Source: Deinococcus sp.
Lineage (GTDB): Bacteria > Deinococcota > Deinococci > Deinococcales > Deinococcaceae
Length of the DNA: 64,000 nt
Reading direction: 5' to 3'
Assembly (NCBI GenBank): GCA_965261005.1
Contig: OZ253375.1
Coordinates: 32,001-96,000 of the forward strand
Below are positions 1 through 11,536 of the stretch, piece after piece. How positions within the stretch are numbered: the stretch's first letter is position 1; each line of letters begins with the position of its first letter. The position numbers were made by a program, and so were the translations under genes. The notes under the pieces were generated by a model. The model was not told where the DNA came from and ran no database searches. It worked only from the letters and a program-made list of their open reading frames with translations.

Positions 1-1143
1 GCCTTCTTCGCGCCGGGGAACTACACCGTCACGCTTCAGGTGACCAACAGCCGGGGCCTCACCAGCCAGCCCTTTTCGCGCACCATTCACGTCGCGGGCG
101 TTCCGCTGGACACGCCCAGCAGCTTCGCCGTCAAGTACGCAGCCTTGGGCGACACCTTTTCCGACCCGGACGTGCTGAGCTATCCGGCCCTGACGCCGCA
201 AGCCTTGCCGGGAGACGGCACGCCGCTGCTGTTCAGCGACTCCCCCGAGGCGCCGGCGCAAAGCGGCGTGCTGTATCAGGACGTGGTCTCGGGCCGGGCG
301 CGCTTACTCGCCTACCACATCAACGCCATGACCGCGCCCGCCCGCTTGTACGTGCTGGCGCGCAATCTGGACGCCGGCCCGGTGGAAGTGCGCTCGCGCA
401 GAATGGGCGAGACCGCGCCCACCCGGGTGGAGGGGCTGCTGGGCCAAGTGACCCTGCTCGACTACTTTGCCTCCGCCGGGGGCGGGCAGCTGCTGCTGCA
501 AAGCGGGCAAAGTGTGGCGCTCTACGTCTCGCCGCTCCTCAAGCCGGGCAGCGGCGTGAACCTGCTTCAGGACGTCGAGACCAGCGGCCGGACGGAACTC
601 AGCTTCGTGCTGCTCGAAGACGGCCTCTCGCCCGTGGCGCAGGTGCTGGAGCAGCTGCCGGTGCTGGCGCCGGACGGGCGCCACGGGCGCGGCACCTTTC
701 CGGGGGCGGTGCGGCGGCTGCGGGTGACGCTGGGCCAACTGCCCGCGCGCCTGATGATCGGCGACGGCACCCTCGACCCGGTGCTGCTGGGGACCGACGC
801 CCTGACCGGCGCGCCGGCGCGCCTCAGCGGCAACTACGGCGTGCTGTACCAAGTGGAGGTGCAGGGGGCCACGGGGGCGGCGGTGGCCCTCTCGCCGCGC
901 GGCGGCCTGTACCGCGGCGCCATGCAGCTGACCGACGGCGCCCTGGTGCAGGCCCTCAAGCTGCCCAGAAGCGGCGCCCTGAGCCAGCCCGGCCAGCCCG
1001 CGCTGCTGTGGCGCGCGGGCGGGGACCAACTGGACATCGACTTCGTGCCGGCCAGCGGCTCGAATCTGCCGGTCTCCTTTGTGTTTTACCGGGCCGCGCC
1101 GCCGAGGGTGAGCGGCGAGCTGTTCAAGTCCTACCGGCCGTAG
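1..1143 (+). CDS. PKD/Ig-like domain-containing exported protein, 5' truncated by window edge
   Basis: Frame open from base 1; AFFAPGNYTVTLQVTNSRG resembles the end of a PKD domain; C-terminal region unassigned. Confidence 0.6.
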   Translation, partial: AFFAPGNYTVTLQVTNSRGLTSQPFSRTIHVAGVPLDTPSSFAVKYAALGDTFSDPDVLSYPALTPQALPGDGTPLLFSDSPEAPAQSGVLYQDVVSGRARLLAYHINAMTAPARLYVLARNLDAGPVEVRSRRMGETAPTRVEGLLGQVTLLDYFASAGGGQLLLQSGQSVALYVSPLLKPGSGVNLLQDVETSGRTELSFVLLEDGLSPVAQVLEQLPVLAPDGRHGRGTFPGAVRRLRVTLGQLPARLMIGDGTLDPVLLGTDALTGAPARLSGNYGVLYQVEVQGATGAAVALSPRGGLYRGAMQLTDGALVQALKLPRSGALSQPGQPALLWRAGGDQLDIDFVPASGSNLPVSFVFYRAAPPRVSGELFKSYRP

Positions 1144-1960
1144 TTCGCGCCGCGCGCACCCACCAGCCCGGGTGCGCGGCGGACAAGTCGCGCGCCGCCG
1201 CCTCGGCCTCTTCTGAGGTGGCCGCCAGCGCGAAGCAGGTCGCCCCCGAGCCGCTCATCAGCGGAGCGCGCAGCCCGGCGTCCGCGAGGGCGGCGAGGGT
1301 ACGCGCGATCTCGGGCACCCTCGCCGCCACCGGGGCTTGCAGGGCGTTGAAGGCGGGGAGGTCGCCCTCACCCGGCAAGGCGCTCAGCATCCCCGCCACA
1401 TCGAGCCTCGGCGTCAAGGTCCCGTCCTGGTCCAGCCAAGCGTAGGCGTCCCGCGCGCTGACGGCCACGCCGGGGTTCGCCAGCACCAGGTTCAGGGCGG
1501 GCGCCCGCACGGGGGTCAGCCGCTCGCCCACCCCCCGTGCCAGGGCGGGACCCTCCAGCAGGAAAAAGGGCACGTCGGCGCCGAGAGTGCGCGCGAGGGC
1601 GAACAGGTCCACCCCGGCGGGGTAGAGGTCGCGCAGGGCCAGCAGCGTGCTGGCCGCGTCCGACGAGCCGCCCCCGAGGCCGGCGGCGATGGGCAGCCGC
1701 TTGTACAGCACGATTCTGGCCCCGTCCCACACGCCCGCCGCGTCCAGGTAGGCGCGCGCCGCGCGGTGGACCAAGTTGTCCTCATCTCCGGGCAGGTCCG
1801 CCCCGCGCACGACCAGGGAGAGGCTTCCTGCCCGCTCCACCTCCAGCTCGTCCCCGACGGACAGCGGCAGCATCAGGCTGTGCAGCTCGTGGTAGCCGTC
1901 CGGGCGCCGTCCCAGCACGCTGAGGCCGAGGTTGATCTTGGCGGGGGCGAAGACCTTCAT
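1124..1960 (-). CDS. ispE: 4-diphosphocytidyl-2-C-methyl-D-erythritol kinase
   Basis: MKVFAPAKINLGL, PIAAGLGGGSSDAA GHMP motif, MSGSGATCF; ATGA overlap with ispD. Confidence 0.95.
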   Translation of the reverse strand: MKVFAPAKINLGLSVLGRRPDGYHELHSLMLPLSVGDELEVERAGSLSLVVRGADLPGDEDNLVHRAARAYLDAAGVWDGARIVLYKRLPIAAGLGGGSSDAASTLLALRDLYPAGVDLFALARTLGADVPFFLLEGPALARGVGERLTPVRAPALNLVLANPGVAVSARDAYAWLDQDGTLTPRLDVAGMLSALPGEGDLPAFNALQAPVAARVPEIARTLAALADAGLRAPLMSGSGATCFALAATSEEAEAAARDLSAAHPGWWVRAARTTAGRT

Positions 1961-2634
1961 CCGTCCCGGTCCCGGTCCCAGCCGTTCCTGTCCAAACTGG
2001 GCGCGAGCGCCCGCGCAAGGGCCAAGTCCCCCGGCCCGGTCACCTTGAACAGCCGCGCGTCGCCGGGGACCAAGCGCACCTCGCCGCCCGAGCGCGCCAC
2101 CAAGCCGGCGTCGTCGGTGGCGGCCCAGCTGCTCACGCGCGCCTTTTCGTGGGCCGAGAGCAACACGCTGCGCGCGAAGCCCTGCGGGGTCTGCACGGCC
2201 CACATCTTCTCGCGGGGCAGGCCCTCGGTCCACGTCAACCCCTCGGCGCGCACCAAGGTGTCGGCCAGCGGCAGGGCGGCCGTCGCGGCGCCCACCTCGC
2301 GGGCGGCGGCCAGCACCGCCCGCGCCACGGGGGACGGCAAAAAGGGCCGCGCCGCGTCGTGAATCAGCACCCAGTCGGCCTTGGTGGCCCCCAGCAGACG
2401 CCGCACGCTTTCCTGGCGCGTCCCGCCGCCGGCGATGACGTGTGCGCCGGGCACCTCACCCCGGCACCCGTCCGGGCAGGCCACGATCACCTCGTCCACG
2501 ATGGGGGAGAGCGACGCCACCGCCCGCGCCAGCAGCGTCAAGCCGCCGACCTCGACAAAGGCCTTGTGTCCCAGACCCAAGCGGGTGCCCGCGCCGGCGG
2601 CGGGAATCAGCCCGGCCACCCGATTATCCGTCAC
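1957..2634 (-). CDS. ispD: 2-C-methyl-D-erythritol 4-phosphate cytidylyltransferase
   Basis: IPAAGAGTRLG, GGGTRQESV, HDAARPF, VQTPQGF, TDDA. Confidence 0.95.
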   Translation of the reverse strand: MTDNRVAGLIPAAGAGTRLGLGHKAFVEVGGLTLLARAVASLSPIVDEVIVACPDGCRGEVPGAHVIAGGGTRQESVRRLLGATKADWVLIHDAARPFLPSPVARAVLAAAREVGAATAALPLADTLVRAEGLTWTEGLPREKMWAVQTPQGFARSVLLSAHEKARVSSWAATDDAGLVARSGGEVRLVPGDARLFKVTGPGDLALARALAPSLDRNGWDRDRDG

Positions 2635-3188
2635 GCTTCCCCCCAGCGGCGCATGGTGCCCGTGTCCAGCCCGAACTGGTCGAGCACGCGCGCCGTCACG
2701 AAGTTCAGCAGGTCCTGCACGCTTTCGGGCCTGTGGTAAAAACCGGGGCTGGCCGTCATGATGGTGGCGCCGGCGTCATGGGTGCGCAGCATGTTCTCCA
2801 GCATGGGGCGCGAAAGGGGGTCCTCGCGTACCACCAACACCAGGCGCCTGCGCTCCTTGAGGATCACGTGTGCGGCGCGCGCCACCAGTGAGTCACCCAG
2901 CCCCAGCGCCACCCTCGCCAGGGTGTGGGCGCTGCACGGCACGATCACCATGCCGTCCGTCACAAAGCTGCCGCTGGCCACGCTGGCGCCCAGGTTCTTG
3001 TCGGGATGGACCACGCTGGCAAGCCGCTCCAAGTCCGCCAGCGTGCCGCCGCCCTCGTCCGCCAGAACCTTGGCGGCCCCCGCCGTCACGATCAGGTGCG
3101 TCTCCACGCCCAGGGCGCCCAGCGCCTCCAGCACGCCGCGCGCGTAGGGAATCCCGCTTCCGCCCGTGACGCCGACGACGATTTTCAC
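2631..3188 (-). CDS. ubiX: UbiX family flavin prenyltransferase
   Basis: IVVGVTGGSG, ASGSF..DGMVIVPCS..TLA, LKERRRLVLVVRE, PGFYHRP. Confidence 0.93.
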   Translation of the reverse strand: MKIVVGVTGGSGIPYARGVLEALGALGVETHLIVTAGAAKVLADEGGGTLADLERLASVVHPDKNLGASVASGSFVTDGMVIVPCSAHTLARVALGLGDSLVARAAHVILKERRRLVLVVREDPLSRPMLENMLRTHDAGATIMTASPGFYHRPESVQDLLNFVTARVLDQFGLDTGTMRRWGEA

Positions 3189-3221
3189 GCTGGAGTTCTC
3201 ATGTTGGGAGTATAGGCAACT

Positions 3222-4661
3222 TCAGCGGACGCGGCGCTTGCGCAGCCGCTCGATGGCGGCGTCCAGCGAAAGGCGCATGCGCTCCAGGGCCTTGGCGAGG
3301 TCGCCGATCTCGTCGTTGTGCTCGGCCACCACCGGCGTGTCCAGCTGTCCGAGGCTGATGGCGTCGGCCGCCACCACCAAGCGCTCGATGGGCTGCACGA
3401 TGCGGCGCGCGGTGCGAATGGCGATCAGGGTCGCGGCCGTCGTGAAGAGCAGCGCCAGCAGGATGTTGGTGATCAGCGATTGGCGCAGGTACGCCTGCGA
3501 CGTATTGGTCAGCACGCCCACGGCCACGCTGTACAGCGGCTTTTGGCCGTTTGCGGCGTTCACGTCGCCGGCCACCTTGCGCACCACGCCTTGATTGTCT
3601 TTGCGGGCGTAGATGCCCACCTGCTGAATCTCATAGTAGTTGGTCGTGGCCTGCTGGTTCTCGGAAGCCTTGATCTTGGCTTCGAGCGCGGCCTGGCTGC
3701 TGCCCAGCTCGACGCCGCTGTCCCTCAGCTGCTGAAGCTGGGCGGCGAAGCGTTCGGACGGCTTTTCCGTGTCCGTAAAGGTGCTGGCGCCGGGATGGGC
3801 GGCGATGTACTTGGTAATCACCGACCCCAAAACCGAGTCGGCGTCGGGGTTTTTGGAGCGAAAGAACTGAAGGCCGCTGGGGGTGCGCACCGAGATAAAG
3901 CCGACGTTGGGCTGTTGCAACAGCGAGCGCAGCTGGGCGTCCAGCGCGAAGGTGTCCTCGACGTTGACGCTGCTGCCCACGCTGGCGGCCAGCGCGCGCG
4001 CGCTGTCGCGGTTCAGGCTGCGTTGGAACTGCTGGGTGCTCAACACGGTGCCAACGGTCCACGCGACGCCGGTTAGGAGCAGTGGCAACACCGTGGTCAA
4101 CACGACCCGCCGCCGCAAGCTGAGCCGCCGCTTGGGCTTTGGCCCGGTCGCCGCCGCCGGCACGGCCGGCAGATCGTCGGCGGGCGGGCGCTCGACAGTC
4201 AGGACGGGTTCGGAAACGGCCAGAGCAGGGCGGTCCGAAACCGGGTTGCTTGAGTTGCTTGAAACCAGGGGACTTGGCGCCGGGCCGGTCAAGGCCGGCG
4301 CGAAGACGGTGCTGGACACTGCCTGCGCGAACGACTCAAAGGTGTCCGGCGCCGCCACTGCCGCGCCACCACTGATCGCGCCGCCAAAGCTGGCCGCGCT
4401 CAAGTTGGGAACGTTCGCCTCGTCGGTGGGCACGTCTCCGGGCAGGTTGTCCAGGATGGCGTTCAGGTCCAGCGCCTGATACAGCGAGAGCAGCGTTTCG
4501 GCGCGCGCCCGGGTGGTGGGCTTGAGCAGGCGTCCCGGTTTGCGGCCGGCCAGCTTGTGGGCCTGCTCGCCACTCAGGCCAAAGCGGGTGGACAGCCGCC
4601 GTGCCAACTCGTCGCGCAGCTCTTCGGGCACGCTTTCCCTGAGCGTCACGGTGTAGCTCAT
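3222..4661 (-). CDS. Two-TM membrane protein ending in a HAMP domain, no output domain
   Basis: Two hydrophobic segments flank an extracytoplasmic domain; IVQPIERLVVAADAISLGQLD..DEIGDLAKALERMR HAMP at the extreme C-terminus. Confidence 0.85.
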   Translation of the reverse strand: MSYTVTLRESVPEELRDELARRLSTRFGLSGEQAHKLAGRKPGRLLKPTTRARAETLLSLYQALDLNAILDNLPGDVPTDEANVPNLSAASFGGAISGGAAVAAPDTFESFAQAVSSTVFAPALTGPAPSPLVSSNSSNPVSDRPALAVSEPVLTVERPPADDLPAVPAAATGPKPKRRLSLRRRVVLTTVLPLLLTGVAWTVGTVLSTQQFQRSLNRDSARALAASVGSSVNVEDTFALDAQLRSLLQQPNVGFISVRTPSGLQFFRSKNPDADSVLGSVITKYIAAHPGASTFTDTEKPSERFAAQLQQLRDSGVELGSSQAALEAKIKASENQQATTNYYEIQQVGIYARKDNQGVVRKVAGDVNAANGQKPLYSVAVGVLTNTSQAYLRQSLITNILLALLFTTAATLIAIRTARRIVQPIERLVVAADAISLGQLDTPVVAEHNDEIGDLAKALERMRLSLDAAIERLRKRRVR

Positions 4662-5110
4662 GTCAGTCCTTTCGTGAAAAGACGTGCCAGAAACACGCCG
4701 CGTTGCGGCTCGCGCAACTCCAGGGCGACGCAGGAAATCAGCTCGGCGGCTGCGGCGTTCTCGCCGAGGTCGTCGAGGGCGTCCTCAACCAGCACCTCGC
4801 CCACCGGCCCTACCAACTCCACGGCCGTCTTGATCAGCAGCTCGATCAGGGCCGCGCCGCTTGGCGGTGCGGCCCTGTCCGGCGGCGCGGCCTCAGCTGT
4901 TGAAGGGGTTGGCGTGACGGTTTCGGTCGGCCGCACGTCCAACTCACGCTCGATGGCGGCCACGGCGCCGCGCGCGTCCTCCAAGCTCAGGGCGGCGCCG
5001 GCCGCGAGGTCTTCCAGCGTGCGCTGGCCGTCCATCAGGTCGGCCACCCGCCACAAACGGAACGGCAACATCACGCTGCCATCCAGCGGCGCCATGCCCA
5101 CCGCGCTCAC
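4658..5110 (-). CDS. Hypothetical protein with wHTH-like N-terminus
   Basis: 4-nt overlaps with both neighbours; WRVADLMDGQRTLEDLA and LVGPVGEVLVEDAL segments. Confidence 0.75.
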   Translation of the reverse strand: MSAVGMAPLDGSVMLPFRLWRVADLMDGQRTLEDLAAGAALSLEDARGAVAAIERELDVRPTETVTPTPSTAEAAPPDRAAPPSGAALIELLIKTAVELVGPVGEVLVEDALDDLGENAAAAELISCVALELREPQRGVFLARLFTKGLT

Positions 5111-6033
5111 AGCGCCTCACCCAGGCCCATTTCATTCAAACCCGGTTCATTCAGGCCCGGTTCATTCAGACTCAGCTCACCCAGACTCAGGCCCCACAGC
5201 GGGTGGGCGCGCAGCGGCTCCAGCGGCAAATCGGCGACGCGCAAGCCGGCGTGCGCCGCCGTGGCCGCGAAGGCGGCCGGCAGCGCCAGCAGCAGCTCTG
5301 CGGCGGGCACGTCCTGATTGACCGTGAGCGCGCCACGCTCGAAGACCACCTCGCGCGCGAACGGGTCCAGGCAGGGATGTTCGTCGGCGAGGTCGAGGCA
5401 CGCGGCGCGCCAATGGGGTTCGGCCGCGAAGCGCTGTCCGGCGAGTGTGAGGGCGGCCCCGTAAAAGGCCGCGATCTCGGGGGCGGTGGCGTCGCGGCGG
5501 TTGGGTGTGAGCAGGCTCACGCGCTCTCCCGGCAGCGGTTCCGGGCCGCCCAGCCGCGCGCCGCCTTGCCAATAGCTGTCGCCGCCGGCCGCGCGCACCA
5601 CGCCGCTGTAAGCGCGCCGGGTCAAGTCGCCGCGCAGGGCGTCCCACGCCCCTGCCGCGGGCCGCTCCGCTGCGGCGCGGCACTGCCACGCGAGGCGCGC
5701 CACCGCCGGGTCGAGCAGGTACAAACTCAGCTCGGCGCGCGGCCAGCGCGCGGCCAGCGCGTCAAAGGCCACATCCTCTTCGGTCCCTTCACCGGCCCCT
5801 TCATCGGCACTTCCCCCGGCCCCAACATTTTCTCCGGCGTAGTGCCCGCCCAGCGGGACGCCCTCGGCCCACAGCGCGCGCGCCCGCCGCCCCTCAAAGC
5901 GTAGTTCGAGCGCGCCGCTCAAGTTGTCACGCCCCTCCAAATCGGCAAAGGCGACCGTCCACGGCCAGTAATCCGTGGGCAGCGCGACGTAGGCAGAACG
6001 GTCCTGAGGAAGCGTTAACCAGACATGAGACAT
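5107..6033 (-). CDS. Hypothetical protein
   Basis: 308-aa ORF heading an overlap-coupled three-gene unit; AT-rich upstream region. Confidence 0.75.
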   Translation of the reverse strand: MSHVWLTLPQDRSAYVALPTDYWPWTVAFADLEGRDNLSGALELRFEGRRARALWAEGVPLGGHYAGENVGAGGSADEGAGEGTEEDVAFDALAARWPRAELSLYLLDPAVARLAWQCRAAAERPAAGAWDALRGDLTRRAYSGVVRAAGGDSYWQGGARLGGPEPLPGERVSLLTPNRRDATAPEIAAFYGAALTLAGQRFAAEPHWRAACLDLADEHPCLDPFAREVVFERGALTVNQDVPAAELLLALPAAFAATAAHAGLRVADLPLEPLRAHPLWGLSLGELSLNEPGLNEPGLNEMGLGEAL

Positions 6034-6069
6034 ATTTAATAGAAGTTTAGCTCAGTTTTGGGGTGAGCA

Positions 6070-6111
6070 ACAGCGAGGCGGCCAACGGTCTGCCGTTGGC
6101 CGCCTCGCTGT
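6070..6111. terminator. 19-bp perfect stem-loop downstream of abxC
   Basis: ACAGCGAGGCGGCCAACGG-TCTG-CCGTTGGCCGCCTCGCTGT; no clear U-tract. Confidence 0.6.
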
Positions 6112-6125
6112 CCTGAACGCCGGCC

Positions 6126-6758
6126 TTAAAGTTGGGTCAAGAGCGCCTGCACGCGCCCCTTCAAGTCGCCGCGCGCCTCCGGGGCGCCCAACTGGTGCAG
6201 ACCGCCGTGGTAAGCGTCGGGGTCGCCGAACAAGCGGCTGAGCAACTCGAACTCGCGCTGTGAGCGCAGGCTGGCGTCGTCGCGGAACAAGTTGACGTAG
6301 GCGTCCTGGAACTGCCACTCGCTGAGGTCGCCCGCCAGGTAGCCGCGCATCAAGGTCTTGTACGGCTCGACATTGCTTTGCGGGGCACCGCTTTGGGCGC
6401 TTTGGGTTTCCGGCACTTGGGCCTCGGGAACCTGGGCCTCGAACACCGGCGCCAGCGCTTCTGGCGTGATGTCCCAGTTGTCTACGTCAAAGACCGCGTC
6501 CCCTTCCTTGAACAGGACGAACTGCGGCGATTGGTGCTGAATGCCGGTGCGCGTGGCGACGTGGTTGGAGGCGGGGCGCCACTCCACCACCCGGATCACG
6601 CCCACGGGCAGGTCGTAACGCTGCAAAAAGGTCTCCAGCACGCCGAAGCCCTGCATGGTCTTGTGGCAGGTGCCGGCCTTGAAGATGGCCGCCGTGGGAT
6701 TCTGCGCGAGAAAGCCGTCCACGTCTTCGGGGCTGGTCAGGGCGACGAGTTCTTTCAT
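6126..6758 (-). CDS. abxC: Monothiol bacilliredoxin (BrxC/YtxJ family) with C-terminal colicin-immunity-like domain
   Basis: FKAGTCHKT and HQSPQ motifs; helical C-domain [29 protein letters not shown]-6nt-ATG leaderless start. Confidence 0.8.
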   Translation of the reverse strand: MKELVALTSPEDVDGFLAQNPTAAIFKAGTCHKTMQGFGVLETFLQRYDLPVGVIRVVEWRPASNHVATRTGIQHQSPQFVLFKEGDAVFDVDNWDITPEALAPVFEAQVPEAQVPETQSAQSGAPQSNVEPYKTLMRGYLAGDLSEWQFQDAYVNLFRDDASLRSQREFELLSRLFGDPDAYHGGLHQLGAPEARGDLKGRVQALLTQL

Positions 6759-6801
6759 GGCCGTATTGTACGCCCCGCTTTGCCAAACGAAGTGACCCGG
6801 C

Positions 6802-7760
6802 TCACGCCGGTCTTTCATCCAGCTGAACGGCCAGCCCCTTGAGGCGCGCCGCCCCCGGGTAATCCTCGCCCGCGCCCAGCCGCTCCAAAACGTGCCCTGT
6901 TCTTCCCGCCGCCGTCAGGCCCCCCAGCACCTCGCGCCCGAAGGCCAGCCTGCCGACGCCCGCGTGGTTGGTCAGGGCCAGCAGCCGCCCGCCGGAGGCT
7001 ATCACTTGGGCGGCCAGCTGGACGAGCCGGGCGTAGTCCTGTTCGGCGCGCCACATCCCTCGCTTGCCACGCGCAAAGCTGGGCGGGTCGAGCACGACCG
7101 TATCGAAGGTTTCACCGCGCCGCGCCCAACGTGCTAGCCAATCGAACACGTCGCCGGCGATGAAGTTCTCTCTCGGCGCGTTGAGGCCGCTGAGGGCGTA
7201 GTTCCCCCGTCCCCAATCCAGCACCCGGCGCGAGGCGTCGAGGTTCACCACCGCCGCCCCGCCGAGGGCCGCCATCACGCCGAAGCCGCAGGTGTAGGCG
7301 AAGGTGTTCAGCACCCGTCCGGCCGCGTTTTCTCGCAACCATGCCCGGGCCGGGCGCGCGTCGGAAAACAGGCCGATGGAGAGGTCCGCCCCCGGCCGGA
7401 TCAAGAAGGGGACGCCGTTCTCAAGAACGGTGAGTTCTTGGAGCCCCTCGCCCCACGCCGGTTCCGGCGGCGAAAGCCGCCCGCGCTCCACGTTCGCCAG
7501 ATGGCGCGCCTCTCTGGGCCGCCGTTTGAGGAAGACCCCCGTGAGGCCCAGCGCCTCGCCGCAAGACGCCGCCAACACCCCCTCGGCCCCCGGCGTGAAG
7601 TCGCGGTACAAGCTCAGAACGCCCACCGTCCCGGCGCGCTCCAGCGAAAAGGCCCCGCCCGTCTCGCCGGTGTGAACGGCGCGGTAAAGGGTGGTGCCCG
7701 CTTCTTGTAGGTGGGCGCGCGGGCGATGGGCGCGGGCGATCAGGGCGCGCAGCTCGGCGC

Positions 7761-7764
<4 letters not shown>
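6802..7764 (-). CDS. Class I SAM-dependent rRNA methyltransferase (RlmI/RlmK-like)
   Basis: [22 protein letters not shown] start overlapping the trmFO stop. Confidence 0.85.
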
Positions 7765-9104
<1,340 letters not shown>

Positions 9105-9201
9105 GCGCTCAGTGTAGTGGGCGCGAATGAGCGGGTTCCGTTTCGCATTTCCCAAGAAGAGGCCAAGCCACCTTCCCGCCAGACATGAGTAGCATGATGG
9201 T

Positions 9202-10041
9202 ATGGATTGGAAAGACTTGCGGCGCAGCACCAACGTAGAGGACCGGCGCGGCCTTGGGACCGGGGGCGGCGTCGCCATCGGCGGGGGCGGGTTGATCGTG
9301 GTGCTGATCGCCAGCTTGCTGTTCGGCGTCAACCCGCTGACCTTGCTCGGCCAATTGCAGGGCGGGGACAGCGGGGTCGGTCAAGTCCAGCGGACGCCCG
9401 AGAACAACCAGCAGACCGAGTTCGCCTCCCGCATCCTCGGCGACACCGAGGATGTCTGGAGCGCCGTCTTTCAAAAGGCCGGCCGGCAGTACACGCCCAC
9501 CAAGCTGGTCCTCTACGCCGGACAGACGAACGCGGGCTGCGGCTTAGCGAGCGCCGCGACCGGCCCGTTTTACTGCCCGCAGGACCAAAAGGTCTACCTC
9601 GACCTCAGCTTTTTCCGTACCCTCAGCGGCCAGCTCGGGGCGCCGGGAGACTTCGCCCGCGCCTACGTGATCGCGCATGAGGTCGGGCACCACGTGCAGG
9701 ACGAACTCGGCATCCTGGGCGAGGTGGACGCGCGGCGTCAGCGCGTGGGGCAGCGAGCCGCGAACGCCCTCTCGGTGCGGCTGGAACTCCAGGCCGACTG
9801 CTTCGCGGGCGTCTGGGGCCACAGCACCGCCCAGCGCGACATCATCACGGGCGGCGACGTTCAGACCGCTATCGACGCCGCCTCGGCCATCGGGGACGAC
9901 CGGCTGCAAAAGGAGTCGCAGGGCTACGTCGTGCCCGACTCCTTTACCCACGGCACCAGCGCCCAGCGCGCCCAGTGGTTCGGGCGCGGCCTGAAGAGCG
10001 GCGACCTCAAGGCGTGCGACACCTTCGGCGGCGCCCTCTAA
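9202..10041 (+). CDS. Neutral zinc metallopeptidase (YpfJ-like)
   Basis: [44 protein letters not shown]. Confidence 0.92.
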   Translation: MDWKDLRRSTNVEDRRGLGTGGGVAIGGGGLIVVLIASLLFGVNPLTLLGQLQGGDSGVGQVQRTPENNQQTEFASRILGDTEDVWSAVFQKAGRQYTPTKLVLYAGQTNAGCGLASAATGPFYCPQDQKVYLDLSFFRTLSGQLGAPGDFARAYVIAHEVGHHVQDELGILGEVDARRQRVGQRAANALSVRLELQADCFAGVWGHSTAQRDIITGGDVQTAIDAASAIGDDRLQKESQGYVVPDSFTHGTSAQRAQWFGRGLKSGDLKACDTFGGAL

Positions 10042-10053
10042 GGCGCCCATCCC

Positions 10054-11481
10054 TCAGCGCCCGGGGTTCTCGCGCCCTGGGTCCGTCACCCGGCTGGTGG
10101 CCTCGCCGAGAATGGCCGCGAGCAGCTCCGGGCTGCCCGCCTCGGCGTAGACCCGCACCACCGGCTCGGTGCCGCTGGGCCGCAGCATCACCCAGGCGCC
10201 GCCAAACAGCAGCAGCTTCACGCCGTCCTTGGTGACCACGCCCTCGACGCCCTGCCCGGCCACCTCGGTCCAGCCGCGCGCCCGCGCCAGCAAAGCGGCC
10301 TTGTCGAAGTCGGGGCTGAGGTGGAGGTCGTTGCGGTCATAGAAGTGGCGCAGGCCGGTCAGCCGCTCGATGTCGGCGAACAGCTCGGGCAAGCTCTTGC
10401 CGCCCCTGGCCACCGCCTCCAGCAGCAGCAGGCTGTTCAGGATGCCGTCGCGCTCGGGCACGTGACCGCGCACCGCGAGGCCGCCCGACTCCTCGCCGCC
10501 GATCAGGACGGCCCTCTCCGGGTCGGCCTCGCCCTCCAGAAACGCCTCGGTGATGTACTTGAAGCCCACCGGGGTTTCCAGCAGCTCCAGGCCCAGCACC
10601 TCGCACAGTTTGTCAATAATGCTGCTGCCCGACACCGTCTTGACCACCCGGCCGCGCAGTCCCCGGTTGTAGAGGTGCAGCAGCAACACCGCGAAAATCT
10701 GGTGGGCGTTGAAGTAGCCCCCGCCGGCCACCACCGCCCCCACCCGGTCGGCGTCGCCGTCGGTGGCCGTGCCGAAGGTGGCGCCCTCCTCGGAGGAGAG
10801 CACGGCCGTCAGCACCTCCAAATTCTGCGGAATCGGCTCGGGGTTGACGCCGTAGAACAGCGGGTGCGGCACGCCGTGAATGGGTAAAAAGTTGAGCGGC
10901 AGCTTGGTGCGCCTCACGAAGCCCTCGATCCAGCCGCCGCCCGCGCCGCCCATCGCGTCGTGGTACATGGTGCCCCGGTAAGCGCGCAGGGCGTCGAGGT
11001 CGAGCAACTTCTCCAAGGCCGCGTAGTAGTCGCGCCGGACGTCGAACGGCTCGATCTGGCCGGCGGCGCCCGTCCTGCCCCCCGCACCCAAATTCGCCTC
11101 CACCCCCGCCACCAGTTCCGGGGTGGCGGTGCCGCCGTAGGCCCCCTTGAGCTTGTAGCCGTTGTACTTGGGCGGGTTGTGCGAGGCGGTCAGCATGGCC
11201 CCGCCCGCCGCGCCGTAGAACTTGACCGCGAAGGAGAGGGCCGGCGTCGGCAGGTAGGCGGCGGCCAGCTTGACGTTCAGCCCCGCCCCCGCGAACACCT
11301 CGGCGGCCACCTGCGCGAAGTCGGCGCCGCCGAAGCGGGTGTCGAAGCCGATTACAGCGCTCTGGCCGCCCCCATCCAACAAGGTGTGGGCGTGCGCCGC
11401 CGCCACCTCGCGCAGGTTGTCGTAGGTGAAGTCCTGCGCGATCACGTCGCGCCAGCCGTCGGTTCCGAACTTGATGGGCAT
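10054..11481 (-). CDS. Phosphoglucomutase/phosphomannomutase
   Basis: FGTDGWR, TASHNP, DGDADR, GGEESGG, RPSGTEP. Confidence 0.95.
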   Translation of the reverse strand: MPIKFGTDGWRDVIAQDFTYDNLREVAAAHAHTLLDGGGQSAVIGFDTRFGGADFAQVAAEVFAGAGLNVKLAAAYLPTPALSFAVKFYGAAGGAMLTASHNPPKYNGYKLKGAYGGTATPELVAGVEANLGAGGRTGAAGQIEPFDVRRDYYAALEKLLDLDALRAYRGTMYHDAMGGAGGGWIEGFVRRTKLPLNFLPIHGVPHPLFYGVNPEPIPQNLEVLTAVLSSEEGATFGTATDGDADRVGAVVAGGGYFNAHQIFAVLLLHLYNRGLRGRVVKTVSGSSIIDKLCEVLGLELLETPVGFKYITEAFLEGEADPERAVLIGGEESGGLAVRGHVPERDGILNSLLLLEAVARGGKSLPELFADIERLTGLRHFYDRNDLHLSPDFDKAALLARARGWTEVAGQGVEGVVTKDGVKLLLFGGAWVMLRPSGTEPVVRVYAEAGSPELLAAILGEATSRVTDPGRENPGR

Positions 11482-11536
11482 GAGGTCTCCTAGAAAACTT
11501 AGCTCTTGATCAACTCAGGCCAGCATAACCGAGCGC

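Noticed and set aside
6126..6400. Colicin-immunity-like domain as a sign of a toxin system
   Set aside because: It is the known C-terminal domain of Deinococcus AbxC; no toxin is adjacent
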